From: Cellulophaga phage phi47:1
Direction: 5' to 3' (one strand)
DNA: 32,000 bases
Sequence record: KC821634.1
A program made the translations under genes and the position numbers. Position 1 is the stretch's first letter; every line of letters starts with the position of its first letter. The notes under the pieces are model-generated. The model was not told the origin of the DNA and ran no database searches. It saw nothing but the letters and a program-made list of their open reading frames with translations. Shown piece by piece: positions 10,101-16,523 of this stretch.

Positions 10101-10438
10101 ATGGTATAGAAGAATTAGAAAGTGATGTATTGAAGCAAATGGGTGTAAATTTATACGTAGACTACCCTGATATGTTAGCGAAATCACATTATACTCACGG
10201 AAACGGGTTTATTATGAATAAACCCGCAGACATAGGTGGTTACCCTGTTTTATCAGGCTTCAAAAAAGCTATACAAGATTCTAATAATGATGGTATTCCT
10301 GATGATTTTGCTAAAGTTAATGGAATAAGTTCTAGTAATCAAATAATACCTTTTTATAAATTCGGAACTTGGCAATTTGACAACTCTTTTAAGTATACAG
10401 CGATAGAGGTTTATGCTTATTACTTAAGTAAAAATTAA
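7154..10438 (+). CDS. Secreted or virion-associated multidomain protein: signal peptide, SGNH/GDSL hydrolase, putative CBM-like segment, pectate-lyase-like beta-helix
   Basis: 1094 aa. [20 protein letters not shown] signal peptide. SGNH blocks 'ILFFGDSIT', 'GIGGTGY', 'VIAMGINDL', 'VHPDDAGH'. Lyase-like part '[38 protein letters not shown]', '[12 protein letters not shown]', '[19 protein letters not shown]'. Confidence 0.85.
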   Translation: [1094 protein letters not shown]

Positions 10439-10450
10439 TTGCAAAAACTA

Positions 10451-10496
10451 AAACACACAAACTCCAATATTTTGTTTTGGAGTTTGTGTGTTTTTT
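10451..10496 (+). terminator. Strong intrinsic terminator after the SGNH/lyase gene
   Basis: Perfect 16-bp stem AAACACACAAACTCCA (10451-10466) / TGGAGTTTGTGTGTTT (10478-10493), followed by T-run. Confidence 0.9.
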
Positions 10497-10539
10497 ATTA
10501 CTATATTTACATAATCAATTATTAATTTAATTCAAAATT

Positions 10540-10914
10540 ATGGAACATGTTATTGAAAAATTATGGTATCAGGACTTAGATTGGTCGATGATATGGGTGT
10601 GCTTGGCTGCTGTTCTTTGCTTGGTTCTTTTTATGTCTATGCATCAAAACGAAACAGTTGAAAGCTCTAAGTCAAAGTTAAACGGAACAGGGAATTATTT
10701 TATTCCGTCATGGAAGAATTATGCTTTTCAGATTTTATCAGCTTTAGTGGTTTTATCTTTTGTAAGCGAAGTTGGCTTTCCTGTAGTCAACTCATTTATG
10801 AACCTGCCCATTGAAGTGGCTGATTCTGCTGTTCACTTTCTCGCAGCTCTAAGTGGTATAGGAGGAGGCTTCATATTTGTTAAGTTGATAAGGTTGTTTC
10901 AAAAACTAAATTAA
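10540..10914 (+). CDS. Small membrane protein, holin candidate
   Basis: 124 aa with hydrophobic segments (WSMIWVCLAAVLCLVLFMSM; AFQILSALVVLSFVSEVGFPVV; HFLAALSGIGGGFIFVKLI), immediately upstream of the endolysin cassette. Confidence 0.5.
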   Translation: MEHVIEKLWYQDLDWSMIWVCLAAVLCLVLFMSMHQNETVESSKSKLNGTGNYFIPSWKNYAFQILSALVVLSFVSEVGFPVVNSFMNLPIEVADSAVHFLAALSGIGGGFIFVKLIRLFQKLN

Positions 10915-10921
10915 TAGAGAT

Positions 10922-10990
10922 ATGTGGTATACTATAATCGTGATAGTGCTCTACATTGTACAAGAAGCTCTATCAATTAAATCTGATTAA
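10922..10990 (+). CDS. Possible 22-aa hydrophobic peptide
   Basis: MWYTIIVIVLYIVQEALSIKSD*, 8 nt after the holin candidate and 8 nt before the next ORF. Confidence 0.25.
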   Translation: MWYTIIVIVLYIVQEALSIKSD

Positions 10991-10998
10991 AAATACAC

Positions 10999-11634
10999 AT
11001 GAATTTTCCCCGAATCAAGAGCTTTATCAAAAAGTCGAATTATAAAAGAAGAATTTTACTAGTTAGACTCAGGTGTGTAAAAAGGTTAATTAGGCAAAAA
11101 ATATGGATAAGGAAAATAATTAGAAGCAAAGTGTTAGTCTTAGGGCCTCTACTGCTTTCTAATTATTTTCTCCATCAAGAACGCCAGAAGCGAGAGAAAG
11201 CTGAAATTTTAGCGTCTCTATACGTGTCTCAAGCTCAAAGTACTGTAAAGACTTTCGATGCTATATATGTAAGCTATTTAGAAAAAAAGAAAGTCGGAGA
11301 CAGGTTTATAAATATTGGAAGTAATGATTATTACGAAGAACAGCTTCTTTCTTCATTAAACAAAACTGGTCTTGACTTATTAGGTAGAGAAGATTCAAAG
11401 CTACAACACTTTTATAGTTCGTCAATGTATAAAATAGCGGACAGCATTGCAGCTAAAACAGGTAAAAGAAAGTGGTCTAGGCAATGGTTTATTTCTAATC
11501 ATGATACTAGTAAATTAGCTGTTTTTAAATTTAGAAGAATTGAATTAAATAGAGACACGATAGTTGGTACATTGTGCTTTGATTTTGAAAAACTAAAACA
11601 CGAACTTAAATTGAAAGAATATGATAACGAATAA
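10999..11634 (+). CDS. Hypothetical protein of the lysis cassette; extremely basic N-terminus or misplaced start
   Basis: 211 aa ORF. About 17 of the first 44 residues are K/R, then a hydrophobic stretch (VLVLGPLLLSNYFL). An in-frame GTG at 11131 is an alternative start that removes the basic region. Confidence 0.5.
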   Translation: MNFPRIKSFIKKSNYKRRILLVRLRCVKRLIRQKIWIRKIIRSKVLVLGPLLLSNYFLHQERQKREKAEILASLYVSQAQSTVKTFDAIYVSYLEKKKVGDRFINIGSNDYYEEQLLSSLNKTGLDLLGREDSKLQHFYSSSMYKIADSIAAKTGKRKWSRQWFISNHDTSKLAVFKFRRIELNRDTIVGTLCFDFEKLKHELKLKEYDNE

Positions 11635-12247
11635 ATTTTTAAGAAAACTACTATTTTTCACTTCCTTGGATGTTCCTCAGTTTGAAATCGAGAAGGAATC
11701 AATTAAATACAATGAATTGGTTTTAGATGAAACTGAAGAAGTATTGTACTACAAAGACCCTTTAACTTTGAAAAGAATAGATACTTTACATCCTGTTCTT
11801 AGAGCTGAAGCGCATAAAATTTATGATGAAATTTGTCAAGCTGTTTCAGGTTCAGTGGTTGTTAGATTTTCATGGACTTTCAGGTCGTTTGAAGAACAAG
11901 ACAAAATATACCAACAAGGAAGAACGACTCCTGGTTCAATTGTTTCAAATGCAAAAGCGGGTGAATCTTTTCACAATTACGGATTAGCTATTGATATAGT
12001 TTTATTAGTTGACAAAGATGTTAATGGCACGTTTGAAACTGCTTCATGGTCAACTAAAGCAGACTTTGATAAAGATGGTCAATCTGATTGGTCTGAGGTT
12101 GTTGAAGTCTTTAAGAAATACGGATGGGAATGGGGAGGTGATTGGAGACGAAGAGATGACCCGCATTTTCAAAAAACATTAGGATTCAACGTTATGCAGC
12201 TATCAGGCATGAGAAAAAGTATAGATAATAAATATCCAGTTTTATGA
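11621..12247 (+). CDS. Endolysin, M15/VanY-type L,D-peptidase
   Basis: 'FRSFEEQDKIYQQGRT', 'AGESFHNYGLAIDIVL' (SxHxxGxAxD motif) and 'RRDDPHFQ'. Confidence 0.9.
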   Translation: MITNKFLRKLLFFTSLDVPQFEIEKESIKYNELVLDETEEVLYYKDPLTLKRIDTLHPVLRAEAHKIYDEICQAVSGSVVVRFSWTFRSFEEQDKIYQQGRTTPGSIVSNAKAGESFHNYGLAIDIVLLVDKDVNGTFETASWSTKADFDKDGQSDWSEVVEVFKKYGWEWGGDWRRRDDPHFQKTLGFNVMQLSGMRKSIDNKYPVL

Positions 12248-12525
12248 AAACATTAATGACAATAGTATTAACTTTTTTAGCAACTTGTCTAGTTTGGTGG
12301 TTTTTTTTAAAACCTAGAACTGATAAAAACTACATTGATGAGTTAAAGCATCTAGATAGTATTAACAATGCTAATAAGGTTAAAATAATTGAATTAAATA
12401 TTAATCAATTAAAAAATCAAATAGATTATGAAAACAATATCAAAGCAATTGAAAAGCTTCGTGTTACTTACCCTGATGATGATGTTCTCGATAGCTTGTT
12501 CAAGTCAGGACAAGAATTACGTTAA
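12244..12525 (+). CDS. Putative inner-membrane spanin-like protein (Rz-type topology)
   Basis: 93 aa. N-terminal TM MKTLMTIVLTFLATCLVWWFF followed by a coiled-coil-like charged periplasmic region. Directly downstream of the endolysin (ATGA overlap). Confidence 0.5.
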   Translation: MKTLMTIVLTFLATCLVWWFFLKPRTDKNYIDELKHLDSINNANKVKIIELNINQLKNQIDYENNIKAIEKLRVTYPDDDVLDSLFKSGQELR

Positions 12526-12796
12526 TGTTCATAGAGACAGTTTGTATAATATATTATTGAATGTATCAGAATTAAAGGTTGAAAATTTTTACTTAAGAAA
12601 AAAGAGTTTAAATCAAAAACTAATAATTGAAGCACAAGATATAATCATAGAGAATACTGAAATAGAAACTAACATACTAACTCAGCAAATAAAAATAGAA
12701 GCTGATACAAATAAAAAGAAGTGGTGGGATGGTTTTGGAAAAGGAGCTGCTTCGGTAGGAGTCATAGTTTTAGGGTTATGGGTTAGCTCACTTTAA
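12428..12796 (+). CDS. Putative spanin-like lipoprotein overlapping the Rz-like gene in another frame
   Basis: 122 aa. MKTISKQLKSFVLLTLMMMFSIACSSQ lipobox signal. Overlaps the previous ORF by 98 nt in the +1 frame. Also has a C-terminal hydrophobic segment (GAASVGVIVLGLWVSSL). Confidence 0.5.
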   Translation: MKTISKQLKSFVLLTLMMMFSIACSSQDKNYVNVHRDSLYNILLNVSELKVENFYLRKKSLNQKLIIEAQDIIIENTEIETNILTQQIKIEADTNKKKWWDGFGKGAASVGVIVLGLWVSSL

Positions 12797-12850
12797 TTTA
12801 ATATTTTTTACAAAAAAAATAAATTTTTACCTTTTATTAATAAAAAAAAC

Positions 12851-12858
12851 TATATTTG
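12851..12858 (+). promoter_or_regulatory. TATATTTG box 4 nt upstream of the protease ATG
   Basis: TATATTTG-TATC-ATG (12851-12865), same 4-nt spacing as at 3659-3673. AT-rich upstream region, no clear -33 TTG. Confidence 0.5.
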
Positions 12859-12862
12859 TATC

Positions 12863-14128
12863 ATGAACTTAGCATTAGCGAGAGAAATTTACGGAATTAA
12901 TCCTTGGTGTGTCGACCAAACGTCGTTCCCTGCGCTTGTTTCAATTCTAGAAAATATCAAGTCAGGAGTAGCTTTAGAGATTCCTACTGAAAAATATAAT
13001 AGTATATATACAATTGATTTACTGACTAGTGAAACTAAAATTGTAACTGAAACTTGGCAGTTAAGAAGTGAGCAAGACTTCAACGGCATAGGTTTAATAA
13101 ACCTTAATGGCGCCATAACTGTTTCAGGAGGACAATCGTCTTACGGAGTAGACCATTTATCTTCACAAATGAGTTTAATGGCTAAAGACAGCAGAATAAA
13201 ATCATTTTTAGTATTAGGTGATAGTGGCGGAGGCTCCTCTATGGCTGTTGAAATAATGACTGATACTATTGCTGAAATAAGAAAAACTAAAAAAGTTTAC
13301 GGTCTTGTTAAGAAAGGCGGAATGATGGCTTCTGCTTGTTTTGGCATCATGTCAGCTTGTAAAGATGGTTTATGGGCTGAAAGCGAAATGAGTATAGTTG
13401 GTTCCGCTGGAACAATGATACAATTTGATGGAAGAGCAGCTAATACTGAAGAGAAAGGTGTTAAACATATTAGGATATATGCTCCGGAGTCTGATCATAA
13501 AAATCACGGTTTCGAAGAAGCTTTAAATAAAGACAACTATGCAGTCTTAACCGATGAGCTATTAAAGCCTATGAATGATAGGTTCTTATCTTTAATCGAA
13601 TCTAATAGACCGCAACTTAAGGGAACGGACTTTAGAAACGGGCATACGGTTTTCGCTAAAGATGCTATTGGTACTTTTATTGACGGTATTAAATCGTTCG
13701 CTGAAGTTATCGCGATTGCAGCTACAGGAAAGGAAGCTATTTCAAACAAAAATATTAACGTAAATACTAATACAAATAATAACATGACAAAAGCAGAAAT
13801 TAAAGCTCAGTTTCCTGTTATTTACAGTGAAATTGTAAATGAAGGAGTTGAACAAAGATCAGACCAAGTAGGTTCTTGGTTAGCGCACATGGAGTCAGAT
13901 CCAAAAAGTGTAATAGCAGGTATATCAAGTGGAAAAGATATTACCGCTACAGAGAGAGAGAATTTCTTTGTTAAGCAAAATTCTTTAAACGTTTTAAAGA
14001 AGCTTGAAAGTGGTTCAGCTCCTGAAGTTGTAACTGGAGAAGGAGCAGCTACTATTCCTGACGGTAAAGCTGATGGAGAAGAAGCGATTTCTACTTTAGA
14101 GAAAATTGGTTTTAACTTTGAATTATAA
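12863..14128 (+). CDS. Prohead protease, S49/lambda gpC-like, with C-terminal scaffold-like region
   Basis: 421 aa. 'GIGLINLNGAITVSG', 'LVLGDSGGGSSMAVEI', catalytic-type 'GGMMASACFGIMSAC', 'SIVGSAGTMIQF', then Asn-rich linker and acidic helical C-terminus. Confidence 0.88.
   Translation: MNLALAREIYGINPWCVDQTSFPALVSILENIKSGVALEIPTEKYNSIYTIDLLTSETKIVTETWQLRSEQDFNGIGLINLNGAITVSGGQSSYGVDHLSSQMSLMAKDSRIKSFLVLGDSGGGSSMAVEIMTDTIAEIRKTKKVYGLVKKGGMMASACFGIMSACKDGLWAESEMSIVGSAGTMIQFDGRAANTEEKGVKHIRIYAPESDHKNHGFEEALNKDNYAVLTDELLKPMNDRFLSLIESNRPQLKGTDFRNGHTVFAKDAIGTFIDGIKSFAEVIAIAATGKEAISNKNINVNTNTNNNMTKAEIKAQFPVIYSEIVNEGVEQRSDQVGSWLAHMESDPKSVIAGISSGKDITATERENFFVKQNSLNVLKKLESGSAPEVVTGEGAATIPDGKADGEEAISTLEKIGFNFEL
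13784..14128 (+). CDS. Possible nested scaffolding protein (lambda Nu3-like internal start)
   Basis: In-frame ATG at 13784 right after an Asn-rich linker (NKNINVNTNTNNN), giving 114 aa MTKAEIKAQFPVIY... The upstream nucleotide context is A-rich. Confidence 0.4.
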   Translation: MTKAEIKAQFPVIYSEIVNEGVEQRSDQVGSWLAHMESDPKSVIAGISSGKDITATERENFFVKQNSLNVLKKLESGSAPEVVTGEGAATIPDGKADGEEAISTLEKIGFNFEL

Positions 14129-14131
14129 GAG

Positions 14132-14572
14132 ATGGGAAAAGTATTGAGAGTATTAAGAAACGGAACTAGAAATCAGTCTACAGCTGATTTTTCTAGAAGC
14201 AATGTATTTATTTTCGGAAATAGATACACTAGAGCATCTATTCTAAACGGAAGTGGTGATGATGTTGTTTTTGAAGACGGTATTTTAGTTATGCGAAGCG
14301 CGACTGATACAACTAAAATTGTGCCAGTTTTGTTGACTGCTGATTTAGCGAAAACAATCGGTGTATTGAAAACTGATGAAGTTGAAGTAGCTGATGGAGC
14401 TTCAGTATCTGTTCATTTCGCACATAAGGGTGAATTAGACGGAAACTTATTAGTTCTTCCCGAAGCTTCAACACTTAACACCTTAGTTGGTGATAGAACT
14501 TTAAAAGATGTATTAACAGGTTTAGGTTTCATTGTTAGCAATGTTGCTGAGGACTCAAAATTTGATAATTAA
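14132..14572 (+). CDS. Putative head decoration protein (gpD-like)
   Basis: 146 aa between protease and capsid genes; 'TTKIVPVLLTADLAKTIGVLKTDEVEVADGASVSVHFAHKGELDGNLLVLP'. Confidence 0.6.
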   Translation: MGKVLRVLRNGTRNQSTADFSRSNVFIFGNRYTRASILNGSGDDVVFEDGILVMRSATDTTKIVPVLLTADLAKTIGVLKTDEVEVADGASVSVHFAHKGELDGNLLVLPEASTLNTLVGDRTLKDVLTGLGFIVSNVAEDSKFDN

Positions 14573-14573
14573 G

Positions 14574-15650
14574 ATGCCAAATCCAATTAATGAACACAGT
14601 ACCTTAATGGCTAAAAAAGTCGTTGGGAAGTTCAAAGAAATTATAGATGTAAAAGCTGGTTTTTCAGCATTTTTTCCTCGTGAAACTACAGCTACTTTGA
14701 TGGTTGATGTTGAAGTTCAAAGAGACAACGATACTATAGCGGTTGATGTTACTCGATTTACTGACGGAAACAAAAGCAAATCAACTAGACACTCTGAGCA
14801 CACTTACAAGCCACCTTTCTACAAAGAAGAGTATGATTTTTCTCAGGATGAAATCTACATGAATACCGTAGCTTTAGGAGCTTTAGAGGTTGCAGGTGCT
14901 AATCAAGCAATCGCGAAAAACGCTGTTAAAGAGGTAGCTAAAAACAGGCTTAAAATTGAAAGAGCTATTCGCAAGCAACAAGCTGACGTTCTTCAAACTG
15001 GTATCGTTTCTCTTATAAATGGAGATTCCATCGACTACCGAAGAAAAGCAGCTTCAATGGTAGACGTAGGTGCTGCTCAATATTGGGGGGCTTCTACTTC
15101 AACGCCTTTAGTTCAATTCGCGGCTGCTGGAAAGTTTTTGAGAGAAATAGGTAATTCTTCAGGAAATACTTTGAATATCACAATGAGATCAGATGCAATG
15201 ACTCAGCTTTTGAGTAATGATTCAATGCAGCAAATTCTAGAATCTAGACGCATGGATAGAGCTAAGATTGACATGCCGCAGTTCAACGCATCTGAAGGAA
15301 TGACTTTTCACGGTCAGATAGCTGCTGGTGACTTTGTTATTAACTTATGGACGTACGAAGAAAAGTACACTGACGCAGACGGAAATACTAAATACTATCT
15401 AGACAAAGGTAATGTAATTATTCTTCCTAATGATTTTATGGGTAAAACTATTTTCGGTGGTTTGCCTTTTATGAGATCAGGAAGTGTAAATGGTGTAGCA
15501 GCTAGAATGCCTGGTGTAATTGAGAAAGATTATTTACTTAGAGCTTTAAGCGATGAGAAGACTATATCTAGCACTTTAGAGTTGACTTCAGCTCCTTTAG
15601 TAGTTCCTTTCACTATTGACAAGGTTTATACTTTAAAAGTATTAGCTTAG
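14574..15650 (+). CDS. Major capsid protein (E-like)
   Basis: Track ORF starts at 14532; the likely start is the ATG at 14574 (MPNPINEHSTLM), just after the gpD-like stop. 'GFSAFFPRETTATLMVDVEVQRDNDTIAVDVTRF', 'EIYMNTVALGALE', 'NVIILPNDFMGKTIFGGLPF'. Confidence 0.8.
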   Translation: MPNPINEHSTLMAKKVVGKFKEIIDVKAGFSAFFPRETTATLMVDVEVQRDNDTIAVDVTRFTDGNKSKSTRHSEHTYKPPFYKEEYDFSQDEIYMNTVALGALEVAGANQAIAKNAVKEVAKNRLKIERAIRKQQADVLQTGIVSLINGDSIDYRRKAASMVDVGAAQYWGASTSTPLVQFAAAGKFLREIGNSSGNTLNITMRSDAMTQLLSNDSMQQILESRRMDRAKIDMPQFNASEGMTFHGQIAAGDFVINLWTYEEKYTDADGNTKYYLDKGNVIILPNDFMGKTIFGGLPFMRSGSVNGVAARMPGVIEKDYLLRALSDEKTISSTLELTSAPLVVPFTIDKVYTLKVLA

Positions 15651-15660
15651 TAATTAATTA

Positions 15661-15690
15661 AAAAGAGCGTTTAAAAGCGCTCTTTTTTAA
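15661..15690 (+). terminator. Intrinsic terminator after the capsid gene
   Basis: Stem AAAAGAGCG (15661-15669) / CGCTCTTTT (15678-15686) with trailing T/A run. Confidence 0.75.
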
Positions 15691-15701
15691 AACAAAAAAA
15701 C

Positions 15702-16127
15702 ATGAAAAATAGTTATAGAATTATACCAATAAAGCACTTGCTTAAAAACAACGAAGAAGCAAAAGCTGGTGATGTTGTTAAAGGTTCTCAGTTTGTGAAC
15801 TTAGCACAAGCAATAGAAGAGGGTTATTGTGTGAAAGTTGATGTTGACAAACCTGCTAAAGCTGAAAAAACAGACGAAGAAAAAGCTGCTAAAAAAGCTG
15901 CTAAAAAAGCTGCTAAGGAAGAAGCTGCTAAGGAAGAAGCTGCTAAGGCACACGAAAAAATAGCAGCTGAAACAGGTGTTGAAGAAGACGACCAAGTTGA
16001 CTTAACTGAGTTAAGTAAAAAAGAACTTATTGAGTTCGCTAAAGAAAACGAATACAAATTGACAGCAGCTGAAAAAAAGCTTAGCGAAGAAGAGATCATA
16101 GCTGTTATAGTTAGCCAAAATGAATAG
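15702..16127 (+). CDS. Hypothetical head-module protein with K/A/E-rich linker and C-terminal HeH/LEM-like helix pair
   Basis: 141 aa. Repetitive EKAAKKAAKKAAKEEAAKEEAAKAHEK linker, then 'DLTELSKKELIEFAKENEYKLTAAEKKLSEEEIIAVI'. Confidence 0.6.
   Translation: MKNSYRIIPIKHLLKNNEEAKAGDVVKGSQFVNLAQAIEEGYCVKVDVDKPAKAEKTDEEKAAKKAAKKAAKEEAAKEEAAKAHEKIAAETGVEEDDQVDLTELSKKELIEFAKENEYKLTAAEKKLSEEEIIAVIVSQNE
15882..15949 (+). repeat. Imperfect 12-15 bp tandem repeat (GCTGCTAARRAA-type) encoding an AAK/AAKEE helix
   Basis: aaagctgctaaaaaagctgctaaaaaagctgctaaggaagaagctgctaaggaagaagctgctaag. Confidence 0.8.
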
Positions 16128-16523
16128 ATGGGTATAACTGGCAATTTATTAAAAAAAGCTCGTAGAGACGCTAAAAAGTACATCACGAAAGGAGGATTTC
16201 ATCAAGAAATTACAATAACAACTCCTGACAAGAATACGGTTTTAGTCTTTACGGGCTTTTTTACTAAGCATTGGGTTAACTTTAACGCTGAAGGAGGTTC
16301 TATTAATTCAAAAAATGCTCACTTCACTTTTGATGAAGATATATTAACTGAAGCTGGTTATCCAGTTAGAAACCTTGATAATGAAGTTCACTTGTTTGGG
16401 CATGTTGTTTCCACGGAAGACAGTAGTGGAATAGTAAAGCATTATGTAATAACTGATTGGTATCCTGACGAAACTCTTGGTATCATATCTTGTATACTAG
16501 GAGATTATGAGTCTGATAACTAA
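16128..16523 (+). CDS. Putative head-tail joining/completion protein
   Basis: 131 aa, located between capsid and sheath; starts 0 nt after the preceding stop. Confidence 0.45.
   Translation: MGITGNLLKKARRDAKKYITKGGFHQEITITTPDKNTVLVFTGFFTKHWVNFNAEGGSINSKNAHFTFDEDILTEAGYPVRNLDNEVHLFGHVVSTEDSSGIVKHYVITDWYPDETLGIISCILGDYESDN

Noticed and set aside
5907-10438. Possible diversity-generating retroelement target or template repeat near the fibre genes
   Set aside because: No reverse transcriptase ORF and no duplicated variable/template repeat recognisable in the window.
10941-11060. Alternative small frame encoding '...NLIKNTHEFSPNQELYQKVEL*' upstream of or overlapping 10999
   Set aside because: Protein-like composition but only a TTG start and about 29 aa; insufficient support.
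12889-13785. Minus-strand ORFs 12889..13116 and 13537..13785 inside the protease
   Set aside because: Shadow ORFs opposite a strong S49-type protease.
15801-16186. Minus-strand ORFs 15801..15995 and 15824..16186
   Set aside because: Composition (poly-F/S, poly-A/S) is a reverse-complement artefact of the K/A/E repeat linker.
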